From: Cetorhinus maximus
Lineage: Eukaryota
DNA: 64,000 nucleotides
Direction of reading: 5' to 3'
Assembly: GCF_964194155.1 (NCBI RefSeq)
Contig: NC_135914.1
Location: forward strand, 6,014,001-6,078,000
Translations under genes and position numbers: made by a program
Notes under the pieces: model-generated
Seen by the model: only the letters and a program-made list of their open reading frames with translations
Databases searched by the model: none
Told to the model about the DNA's origin: nothing
Shown here: piece by piece, positions 46,981 through 58,383 of the stretch
How the letters are laid out: every line of letters starts with the position of its first letter
Position numbering within the stretch: the first letter of the stretch is position 1

Positions 46981-48630
46981 TACAGAAAAACAGGAACAGG
47001 TCCCCGCCTGTAGCCCTATCCAAATGACTACATGAGCAAGTCTGGTCAGTGGGGACTGTTTAAACATCGAATGGGTCTGTGTCCTGACCCAAAAATTAGT
47101 GCGCTTTCCAGCAACGGGCTCAGGACAGCAAGCGATGGAGAGATGTTCTCCCCCACCCTCACCTCCCTACAGTGCCACCCTAGCTGAGAGTAGCACAGAC
47201 TCGGAGATCCAGCTGCCTGGCTGAATCCCACACTATGAGCTGAGCTCCTCTCGCGTGCACTTCAGAGAACCAGAGCCCATCTTAGTAATAACCATGGAAT
47301 ATGAAAGCCCAACCCGGCTCAGTAAACATCTCACTGCTCCGATAGCATGCACTCAGTATCCCACTGTTTTAATGTCTCTTGTGATTTCAGATATAATCCA
47401 ACCAGTAATGTATAGCTCCCCATTAGCTTCGTAACCACAGACCATCAGACTACTGCTGGAATCTGCTGCAATATGTGAGTGTGTGACGGTGTGTATCCCA
47501 ATGTCAGTGAGACATGTGAGAGTGTCATTGAGTATGATTCCCATCGCTCCACCATTGGCGGCCATACCTTCAGTTGCCTGGGCCCTAAGCTCTGGAATTC
47601 CCTCCTTAACCGTCTCCGCCTCTCTCCTCCTTAAAGCCTGCCTGTTTTGACCAAGCTTTTGTCACCTGTGTGAATATCTCCTCGTGTGGCTCGGTGTCAA
47701 ATTTTGTTTGCTAACTCTCCTGTGAAGTGCCTTGGGATGTTTTTACAAGTTTGGAGGATTATATACAGGTTGTTGTTGAACTTGAGCAAGGTTCAGTGTT
47801 AGCTGAGGCCCTATTGTGATGGTGGTTCTTGGAATGGAGTAGGAAGAACAATAAGGAGCGTCCAATAAAATGAGCGTCCTTTGGTACATTAAGACCCCAG
47901 GGCTAGGTCCCAAGAGCAGATAAAGAGTGTCCGACATTGTGTGTGTGTGTCCTCATTCCAGAACTGACTCCCAGTCGTGCCTGTAAACTAATCAGAGTCA
48001 CTGGCAGACACACCGAAGGCATCATATCCTCGATAGTTTCTGTAACCTGTTCCACGTGCTTTCACTAATTAAAGACCCTTTACATTTAGGATGAATGAGC
48101 TGGTCAGCTCCTGTTCCTCTCCACTTACTGATCTCTAACCACATTGTCCTATCAGTATCCTCTGAATAAAAGACTCTGTGGGGTGTTAAATTGTGCCCTT
48201 GTTTTATTTTCCACATCACATCAGGGAGCTTTTGAGTGTTTAACCTTCAGTTAATTACCCCCTGGTCCCGATCAATTTCTATCTGGTAATTGGCCAGTTA
48301 ATTGACCAGCCCTGTGAGATTATTCCCCCCCCACACCCCTACCTTCCCCCTCACATATATCAGTGTCTGTCTTTTGACAGACTGTGAATGAAGGGTAAAC
48401 AATAAGAAACGGTGGGGGGGTGGGGAGTTGTCCTCAACTGTGGGCAGTCAGACTTGGACAACGAGCGAGCGAGCGAGAGGGGGCAAAGGAATCTCTCAGC
48501 TTTACAAACCTACTTGGAAACCGAAAGGGACCAAAACAGCAGAGGTTCCCCGCACAAACTGCCTGTCCGAGCAAGACGATAATGTTGGAGACTCCACGCT
48601 GCCGTCCCTGAGTTTGTTCAAATTCACAGA

Positions 48631-48700
48631 ATGACGGAGTTTGCACCCGAGCCACAGGCTGGAGTTTGGCTCACGTTTCTGCTGCTGTCGCTGACGTTGG
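48631..48700 (+). CDS. IGDCC3-like exon 1, signal peptide MTEFAPEPQAGVWLTFLLLSLTL
   Basis: ATG, hydrophobic stretch, strong donor G|gtgagt, phase 1 compatible with exon 2. Confidence 0.75.
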
Positions 48701-49364
48701 GTGAGTCGGGGACTGCTCCTTTTTGTGAAACAATGGTGGGGGGGGGAACCTGTGAGGAGGGTGGTGGTCAAAAAAACTTCACTCCGTTTGCATTTCAAAA
48801 CAAAACCCTTCCTGCATAAAAATTGTCTTCACTTAAATTGGAGAGTTTAACACCAAGAAATTTCCAGTTCTTTCCCCGCTGCAGTAGTGAAAAGTTTGAT
48901 GCCTTGTTGCCAGATGCTGTGTAATCTCTTCATACAAATCTCTTCCCTGGATATCGAGGCTAACTGATTGTCCTTTTATTCATGTGAAATGTGTTGCTCA
49001 CTGATCGCAAGTTCCTGATAAGCAGTGGCTTCTCTCTGAGGTTTCTCTGTGTGGGGTTTCAACACATACCCAGCACATTTTGGAAGCAATCCGAATATTA
49101 CTCCCAAGTAGCCATGTCTGAAATGTGTAACTGGTCACAAAGGTTTGGAGAGTGAGTCACGGGCACTGCAGTGATTTAGGAAGGGCAGTGCTGTGGGCCC
49201 TAGTCCCTGCTCTGTGTGTGTAGATTCAGATTTTCCCATGTAGGCCGAGAGAGGATGGAGAGGTAAAGAGTCGGGGGGTTGAGTGGCATCAGATATAAAT
49301 CCGCGCAGGCCTCACTCAGTTTCTCAATGTCAAATTTAATACTTTATAAATACTCAACACTTCA

Positions 49365-49625
49365 GTGCAGTACTGAGGGAGTGCCGCCCTGTCGGAGGGT
49401 CAGTACCGAGGGAGCGCCACACTCGTAGGGTGAGTACTGAGGGAGAGCCACCCTGTCGGAGGGTCAGTACCGAGGGTGTGCCGCACTGTCGGAGGGTCAG
49501 TACCGAGGGAGCGCCGCACTGTCAGAGGGTCAGTACCGAGGGAGCGCTGCACTGTCGGAGGGTCAGTACCGAGGGAGCGCTGCACTGTCAGAGGGTCAGT
49601 ACCGAGGGAGCACCACACTGTCAGA
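49365..49625 (+). repeat. 33-bp SINE-derived minisatellite, short array
   Basis: cagtaccgagggagcgccgcactgtcggagggt units preceded by SINE-like cacttcagtgcagtactgaggg. Confidence 0.85.
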
Positions 49626-50489
49626 GTCTGTGTGGGACCCGTACCCCAGTGAGAGTCAGTGTGTGTGGAACCCGTACCCCAGTGAAAGCCAGTGTGTGTG
49701 AGACCTGTACCCCAGTGAGAGTCAGTGTGTGTGGACTCACAGAGACTTCCTGTGTGGGGAACTGTAACCCATTAAGAATCAGTCTCTGTGGGGGCTGTAC
49801 CCCAATATCAGCCCATCCCAGAAAGCAGGGAGTGAAGGGTCTATATCGAGGTGAAATTAAATTAAGTGTTTGGTGTATTTTTTTTACATGCAGATGACTC
49901 TCTCTTGTGTGGACGATCCCTGTCTAAAGTAGTAAAGCTGAAACCCTCTCCCCCAAAGATAAATGTGAATTCACTTTGTGTCTCTGCCCTATTGTAGCCT
50001 GCAGCAGACCCAGACAACTGGGGTTGGATGAACTCTGCACCAGCTCCTCTCCGTCTTTCTCCAAAGTGAATCCAGTGTCCTTTTAAGGCTTTAATGAAAT
50101 TATTTGGAGTGTCTGAGCCACAGAAGCAGCAGGAGTTCAGCGCTGCATTCACAGCCTGTCAGCCCGTACAATGGAACAGGCAGAGGGTTCAAGAGCACCC
50201 AGGTCCTATTCAACACAAGTCATTTGTCAACTTTAGCTCCTGTTTCACAGAGTCAAAGTCAGCAGTCAGCCATCACTGTGACACCCAAACAGATTGTATC
50301 TTGTGATTTTCTCCTCTTCACTCCTCAGGCCGCTGAGTTTTACTGGGATAGCATGTCACACTCGACATCTTCCCCTTGGATACCCCCAAGTATCAGCCTA
50401 CACAGTGAGTGGAGGCAATTGAACTGGAAAGCAGCACATCTGAGTTCAACACTGTTCTCATTAACAGCCAAGCAAATAGGCAGTGATAT

Positions 50490-52120
50490 ATAATACTGTG
50501 TGTTATACTCCATCTGTGTGTGGTATAACACTGTTAGTCTATGTCACAGTGCGGTATATAATACTGTGTTCGACTGTCACAGTGCGGTATATAATACTGT
50601 GTTCGACTGTGTCACAGTGCGGTATATAATACTGTGTTAGACTATGTCACGGTGCGGTATATAATACTGTGTTCGACTGTCACAGTGCGGTATATAATAC
50701 TGTGTTAGACTGTGTCACGGTGCGGTATATAATACTGTGTTCGACTGTCACAGTGCGGTATATAATACTGTGTTCGACTGTGTCACAGTGCGGTATATAA
50801 ATACTGTGTTAGACTATGTCACGGTGCGGTATATAATACTGTGTTCGACTGTCACAGTGCGGTATATAATACTGTGTTCGACTGTGTCACAGTGCGGTAT
50901 ATAATACTATGTTCGACTATGTCACAGTGTGGTATATAATACTGTGTTAGACTATGTCACGGTGCGGTATATAATACTGTGTTAGACTGTGTCACAGTGC
51001 GGTATATAATACTGTGTGTTAGATTGTGTCACAGTGTGGTATATAATAGTGTTTGACTGTCACAGTGCGGTATATAATACTGTGTTCGACTGTGTCACAG
51101 TGCGGTATATAATACTGTGTTCGACTATGTCACAGTGTGGTATATAATACTGTGTTAGACTATGTCACGGTGCGGTATATAATACTGTGTTAGACTGTGT
51201 CACAGTGCGGTATATAATACTGTGTTAGACTATGTCACGGTGCGGTATATAATACTGTGTGTTAGATTGTGTCAGTGCGGTATATAATACCGTGTGTTAG
51301 ACTGTGTCACAGTGCGGTTATATAATAGTGTTCAACTGTGTCACAGTGCGGTATATAGTACTGTGTTCGACTGTGTCACAGTGCGGTATATAATACCGTG
51401 TGTTAGACTGTGTCACAGTGCGGTATATAATACTGTGTTCAACTGTGTCACAGTGCGGTATATAATACTGTGTGTTAGACTGTGTCACAGTGCGGTATAT
51501 AATAGTGTTCAACTGTGTCACAGTGCGGTATATAATACTGTGTTAGACTGTCACTGCGGTATATAATACTGTGTGTTAGACTGTGTCACAGTGCAGTATG
51601 TAATACCGTGCGTTAGACTGTGTCACAGCGCGGTATGTAATACCGTGCGTTAGACTGTGTCACAGCGCGGTATGTAATACCGTGCGTTAGACTGTGTCAC
51701 AGCGCGGTATGTAATACCATGCGTTAGACTGTGTCACAGCGCGGTATGTAATACCGTGCGTTAGACTGTGTCACAGCGCGGTATGTAATACCGTGCGTTA
51801 GACTGTCACAGCGCGGTATGTAATACCGTGCGTTAGACTGTGTCACAGCGCGGTATGTAATACCGTGCGTTAGACTGTCACAGCGCGGTATGTAATACCG
51901 TGCGTTAGACTGTGTCACAGCGCCGTATGTAATACCGTGCGTTAGACTGTGTCACAGCGCGGTATGTAATACCGTGCGTTAGACTGTGTCACAGCGCCGT
52001 ATGTAATACCGTGCGTTAGACTGTGTCACAGCGCCGTATGTAATACCGTGCGTTAGACTGTGTCACAGCGCGATATGTAATACCGTGCGTTAGACTGTGT
52101 CACAGCGTGGTATATAATAC
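50490..52120. repeat. ~33-37 bp minisatellite (tgtcacagtgcggtatataatactgtgttcgactg) with polarised variants
   Basis: About 45 units; the 3' third switches to a CpG-richer variant. Confidence 0.95.
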
Positions 52121-52384
52121 TGGTGTGGGGAAGGGGTCTTGGTGTAGTGATTGGCTTGTCAGGGTAGAGAGGGTGCCAATGTGGTGAGGTGGGTGTCAGG
52201 GCAGTGAGGGGGGGCAACGAGGTGGGGGCAGCGACGGGGGTGGGGGCAGCAACGAGGGTGGGGGCAGTAAGCGGGTTGGTGGGGCCTTCGGGGAAGTGAG
52301 GGGGAGGTCCGTGTGGCCAGGAAGGGGTGTGGCAGCAAAGGGAATTGGAGCAGTGATCAGGGTATCAGGGCTTTGAGGGATGTT

Positions 52385-52750
52385 GGGGTAGAGAGGAGAT
52401 GGCAGGGTATTGCAGTCAGGGTAGAGAGGAGATGGCTGGGTATTGCAGTCAGGGTAGAGAGGAGATGGCTGGGTATTGCAGTCAGGGTAGAGAGGAGATG
52501 GCTGGGTATTGCAGTCAGGGTAGAGAGGAGATGGCTGGGTATTGCAGTCAGGGTAGAGAGGAGATGGCTGGGTATTGCAGTCAGGGTAGAGAGGAAATGG
52601 CTGGGTATTGCAGTCAGGGTAGAGAGGAGATGGCTGGGTATTGCAGTCAAGGTAGAGAGGAGATGGCTGGGTATTGCAGTCAGGGTAGAGAGGAAATGGC
52701 TGGGTATTGCAGTCAGGGTAGAGAGGAGATGGCTGGGTATTGCAGTCAGT
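52385..52750. repeat. 33-bp minisatellite (gtagagaggagatggctgggtattgcagtcagg)
   Basis: About 11 near-perfect units. Confidence 0.95.
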
Positions 52751-53654
52751 TGTCTACAGGGATGGATATTGTCTCCTGATGGTTTTACTGTTCTCCTCCT
52801 CCTGACTGACAGGCTTCCCATGACGATTGGGTTATCGGGGCAGCTGTTTTCTGGGCCCTGTCTCCTGCAGCTCCAGGCCAAGGGCGAGATGCACTTAGGG
52901 GCAAGAGTCAGGTCTCAGAGGTGGACTGAATGGCATCATTCAACATCTCATCCCCAGGATAATCTAATCATTCTTCAGAAAGCAGAGGAAAGGGTTTTGA
53001 GTGACATTGAGTCATGAGAACATCCCCTTCCACTGACATATGCAGCTGAGGCTGGGGGCAGATGGATTCCTGGGCGTTTGAGCATCCCTCTTGCTGAGGG
53101 AGGGGATGGAGTTTGGTGGTTGGTGGGGGGGAGCTCCTGTTGTCCTGAGTGGCTTTCCTGACCTCCAGCATTTACACATCCTGAACTCCAGCCTGCCCAC
53201 AGACAGGCAGGGTCCACTGATGGCCTGGGTTTCTATGGAGTTGGGAGCCAGCCATCAATCTCTCCCCGAGGGTGTCAACCAGTATTCGCCACCGCCCGCA
53301 GGCACATTGTTCACCACGCCATTCACAGAGAGGCCGACAGTTCAAACAGTAAAACCTGTCAGCATCAAAACTCTTATTCAGGCTGTGACAACAATGAAGG
53401 AACTGTTGTATTGCTCAGTGACCACAGTGCAAAACGAGCAATAGTGTCATCTTTCAGCTCAGTCCCCTAAACCCCAACGCTTGCTGGGGTACTGGCTCCT
53501 CTGGGGTTATCCTCTGCTACCTCATCTGTACCCATCTGTAAATCTGAATCTAGGTACTCCACGGTGTGGCCCTGACACCAACTCCTGTGCTGTTCTCACC
53601 TGAGCTGTCCAGAGGCAAACATTATACCAGGAGCCCCAGACACTGAGCAGGTGA

Positions 53655-55376
53655 GTTTAATGGGGACAGTGTAGAGGGAGCTTTACTCTGTATCTAACCC
53701 CGTGCTGTACCTGTCCTGGGAGTGTTTGATGGGGACAGTGTAGAGGGAGCTTTACTCTGTATCTAACCCCGTGCTGTACCTGCCCTGGGAGTGTTTGATG
53801 GGGACAGTGTAGAGGGAGCTTTACTCTGTATCGAACCCCGTGCTGTACCTGCCCTGGGAGTGTTTGATGGGGACAGTGTAGAGGGAGCTTTACTCTGTAT
53901 CTAACCCCGTGCTGTCCCTGCCCTGGGTGTGTTTGATGGGGACAGCGTAGAGGGAACTTTACTCTGTATCTAACCCCGTTCTGTACCTGTCCTGGGAGTA
54001 TTTGATGGGCACGGTGTAGAGGGAGCTTTACCCTGTATCTAACCCCGTGCTGTACCTGTCCTGGGAGTGTTTGATGGGGACAGTGTAGAGGGAGCTTTAC
54101 TCTGTATCGAACCCCGTGCTGTACCTGCCCTGGGAGTGTTTGATGGGGACAGTGTAGAGGGAGCTTTACTCTGTATCTAACCCCGTGCTGTACCTGTCCT
54201 GGGAGTGTTTGATGGGGACAGTGTAGAGGGAGCTTTACTCTGTATCTTACCCCGTGCTGTACCTGTCCTGGGAGTGTTTGATGGGGACAGTGTAGAGGGA
54301 GCTTTACTCTGTATCTAACCCCATGCTGTACCTGTCCTGGGAGTGTTTGATGGGGACAGTGTAGAGGGAGCTTTACTCTGTATCTAACCCGTGCTGTACC
54401 TGTCCTGGGAGTGTTTGATGGGGACAGTGTGGAGGAAGCTTTACTCTGTATCTAACCCCGTGCTGTACCTGTCCTGGGAGTGTTTGATGGGGACAGTGTA
54501 GAGGGAGCTTTACTCTGTATCTAACCCCGAGCTGTACCTGTCCTGGGAGTGTTTGATGGGGACAGTGTAGAGGGAGCTTTACTCTGTATCTAACCCGTGC
54601 TGTACCTGTCCTGGGAGTGTTTGATGGGGACAGTGTAGAGGGAGCTTTACTCTGTATCTTACCCCGTGCTGTACCTGTCCTTGGAGTGTTTGATGGGGAC
54701 AGTATAGAGGGAGCTTTACTCTGTATCGAACCCCGTGCTGTACCTGCCCTGGGAGTGTTTGATGGGGACAGTGTAGAGGGAGCTTTACTCTGTATCTAAC
54801 CCCGTGCTGTACCTGTCCTGGGAGTGTTTGATGGGGACAGTGTAGAGGGAGCTTTACTCTGTATCTTACCCCGTGCTGTACCTGTCCTGGGAGTGTTTGA
54901 TGGGGACAGTGTAGAGGGAGCTTTACTCTGTATCGAACCCCGTGCTGTACCTGCCCTGGGAGTGTTTGATGGGGACAGTGTAGAGGGAGCTTTACTCTGT
55001 ATCTAACCCCATGCTGTACCTGTCCTGGGAGTGTTTGATGGGGACAGTGTAGAGGGAGCTTTACTCTGTATCTAACCCGTGCTGTACCTGTCCTGGGAGT
55101 GTTTGATGGGGACAGTGTGGAGGAAGCTTTACTCTGTATCTAACCCCGTGCTGTACCTGTCCTGGGAGTGTTTGATGGGGACAGTGTAGAGGGAGCTTTA
55201 CTCTGTATCTAACCCCGAGCTGTACCTGTCCTGGGAGTGTTTGATGGGGACAGTGTAGAGGGAGCTTTACTCTGTATCTAACCCTGTGCTGTACCTGTCC
55301 TGGGAATGTTTGATGGGGACAGTGTAGAGGGAGCTTTACTCTGTATCTAACCCCATGCTGTACCTGCCCTGGGAGG
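53655..55376 (-). repeat. 69-bp dispersed minisatellite, ~25 units
   Basis: Reverse complement of the 21881-22752 unit. Confidence 0.95.
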
Positions 55377-55689
55377 GTTTCTCTTTGAGGAATGTACATG
55401 GGCTGTCAAGTAGTGATTGGCAAGAGGAAATCTTTATTAACCACATCAGATCATATGAACATCTTAAACACCTCAATCAGATCATCCAGCAGTGTCCTAA
55501 ACACAAGCCTAGTCCGTGCAACCAGTCGTCAATATTGAACTGTTTTAACCCCGGGTTTGTTTTGGTGAATCTGCCCCGCGCTGCCTCTAAACATCAACCA
55601 TTTTAACCATCAACCAATGCAGATGGTGAGGTGCGGGGGGGTGATTCCTTCCTGAGGTGCAGTGCCCAGAACTGAATGTAGATGGGTAA

Positions 55690-55910
55690 TAAAGACAAAA
55701 TACTGCCGATGCTGGTAACCTGAAACAAAAAACGCTGGGGAAACCCAGCAGGTCTGTCAGCCTCTGTGGAGACAGAGATAACGTTTCGAGTCCATATGAC
55801 CCTTCTTGGATCATGAAGAAGGGTCAGATGGACTCGAAAGGCTAACTCTCTCCCTCCACAGATGCTGTCAGACCTGTTGAGTTTCCCCAGCAGTTTTTGT
55901 TTTCATTTTG
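55690..55910. mobile_element. Fold-back mini-element made of two inverted Penelope pLTR ends
   Basis: tttcgagtccatatgacccttctt / aagaagggtcagatggactcgaaa palindrome centred near 55811; arms resemble 35733-35860. Confidence 0.75.
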
Positions 55911-55978
55911 TGAATGTAGATGGGGTCTGACTCATGCTGTCCTGCTGTGGTCTGACTTGTTCCTGTGTTTGGTTGTAG

Positions 55979-56284
55979 ATGTTGGGTTGTTGTCTGAACT
56001 CAGCTTTGTGGAGGAGCCCAGTGACGTGATTGCAGTGAAGGATCGGCCCCTGGTGTTAAACTGTCAGGTGGAAGGAGTTGAACCTATTGCCATAACGTGG
56101 AGGAAAGATGGTTTTGCGCTGAGGGAGAGTCCCCGGGTCTCGTTGCTCAACAACGGCTCGCTCTGTATCCGAAACTTCCTGAAGAAGAAAGAAAACAATG
56201 AGTCTGACGCTGGGGAGTACGACTGTACAGCGCACAACCGATTCGGTCTCTTACTCAGCCGCAAGGCCAGGGTGCAGGTGGCAA
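55979..56284 (+). CDS. IGDCC3-like exon 2, Ig domain 1 (SELSFVEEPSDVIAV..LNCQVEG..ITWRKDG..NGSL..DAGEYDCTAHNRFGLLLSRKARVQVA)
   Basis: ttgtag| and |gtatgt, 306 nt; closest recalled match IGDCC3 (AELAFAVEPSD..NRFGLVVSRKARIQAA), also similar to PRTG. Confidence 0.92.
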
Positions 56285-56299
56285 GTATGTGGTAACTCA

Positions 56300-57830
56300 C
56301 TCACCCCCTCAGCCAGACCCCTCACCTGGACCCCCTCCCCCTCACCCAGACCCTCCTCCCCCTCACTCACCCCCTCACCCAGATCCCCTCCCCCTCACCC
56401 AGACCCTCCTTCCCCTCACTCACCCCCTCACCCGGACCCCCTCACCCAGACCCTCCTCCCCCTCACTCACCCCCTCACCCGGACCCCCTCCCCCTCACCC
56501 AGACCCTCCTCTCCCTCACTCACCCGGACCCCCTCCCCCTCAACCAGACCCTCCTCCCCCTCACCCAGACCCCCTCACCCTCACCCAGACCCTCCGCCCC
56601 CTCACCCAGATCCCTCACCCGGACCTCCTCCCCCTCACCCAGACCCTCCTCCCCCTCACCCAGACCCCCTCACCCTCACCCAGACCCTCCGGCCCCTCAC
56701 CCAGACCCTCCACCCCTCACCCAGACCCTCCACCCCTCACCCAGACCCTCCTCCCCCTTACTCACCCCCTCACCCAGACCCCCTCACCCTCACCCAGACC
56801 CCCTCACCCAGACACTCCTCCCCCTCACCCAGACCCTCCGCCCCCTCACCCAGACCCCTCACCCAGACCCTCCGCCCCCTCACCCAGACCCTCCACCCCT
56901 CACCCAGACACTCCTCCCCCTCACCGAGACCCTCTCCCCCTCACCCAGACCCCTCACCCGGACCCCCTCCCCCTCACACAGACCCTCCTCCCCCTCAACC
57001 AGGCCCTCCACCCCCTCAACCAGACCCTCCTCCCCCTCACTCACCCCCTCACCCAGACTCCTCACTCGGACCCCCTCCTCCTCACCCAGACCCTCCTTCC
57101 CCTCAACCAGACCCTCTCCCCCTCACCCAGACCCTCCACCCCTCACCCAGACCCTCCACCCATCACCCAGACCCTCCTCCCCCTTACTCACCCTCTCACC
57201 CAGACCCCCTCACCCTCATCCAGACCCTCCGCCCCCTCACCCAGACCCTCCACCCCTCACCCAGACACTCCTCCCCCTCACCCAGACCTTCCACCCCTCA
57301 CCCAGACCCCCTCACCCTCATCCAGACCCTCCTCCCCCTCACCGAGACCCTCTCCCCCTCACCCAGACACTCCGTCCCCTCACCCAGACCCTCCTCCCCC
57401 TCACCCAGACCCTCCTCCCCCTTACTCACCCCCTCACCCAGACCCTCCGCCCCCTCACCCAGACCCTCCACCCCTCACCCAGACCCTCCTCCCCCTCACT
57501 CACCCCCTCACCCAGACCCCCTCACCCAGACACTCCTCCCCCTCACCGAGACCCTCTCCCCATCACCCAGACCCTCCGCCCCTCACCCAGACCCTCCTCC
57601 CCCTCACCCAGACCCTCCTCCCCCTCACCCAGACCCCCTCCCACTCACCCAGACCCTCCTCCCCCTCACCCCCTCCCCCTCACCCAGACCCCCTCCCCCT
57701 CACCCAGACCCTCCTCCCCCTCACCCAGTCCCTCCTCCCCCTCACCCAGACACTCCTCCCCCTCACCCAGACCCTCCTCCCCCTCACCCAAACCCTCCTC
57801 CCCCTCACCCAGACTCCATTACCCGGACCC
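56300..57830. repeat. C-rich minisatellite (ccctcacccagaccctcctcc) grading into degenerate C-rich DNA to ~58380
   Basis: Begins about 15 bp after the exon donor. Confidence 0.93.
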
Positions 57831-58383
57831 CCTCCTCCTTACACAGGCCTCTCTCCCCCCGCACACCCCCACCCCCCCCCCCAGATCCGCTCACCTGGAC
57901 GCCGTCTCCCGATTCCCACCTACCCTCCTGCCCTACTTCCAGACCCCTTCTGTTCCTCCGGACCCTGTCCCCTCAACCAGAACCCTTCCCCCTCACCTGG
58001 ATCCCCTCTTCCTTACCCAGGCCTCCTCCCCTCTACACCCTCTCCCAATTTTCCCCGCCCCCACCCCACTCTTCCCCTACTTCCAGACCCCTTCCGCTCC
58101 CCTGGTTCCTGTCCACCTCTCATGGATCCCCTCACCCTGACCCTCTGACCCCCTCCCTTCAGACCCCACTCTTCACCTGGATCCCCTCACCCAGACCCTT
58201 CCTCCCCCACCCAGACCCCCTCCTCTGGAGCCTCATCCTTGGGCCTCCTCCCCACACCTGGACCCCCCCACTCCCAGACCTTACCTCCTCACCCTCTCCC
58301 AGATGCTCTTCCCTGGACCCCTTCCCCCTGGCACCCTCAACTCCTCCCCTCACCAGGACTCCTTCACCCAGACCCCCTCTCCC

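Noticed and set aside
47280-47420. Repeat-free stretch considered as a possible snoRNA or other ncRNA
   Set aside because: No convincing C/D or H/ACA box arrangement or recognisable family by eye
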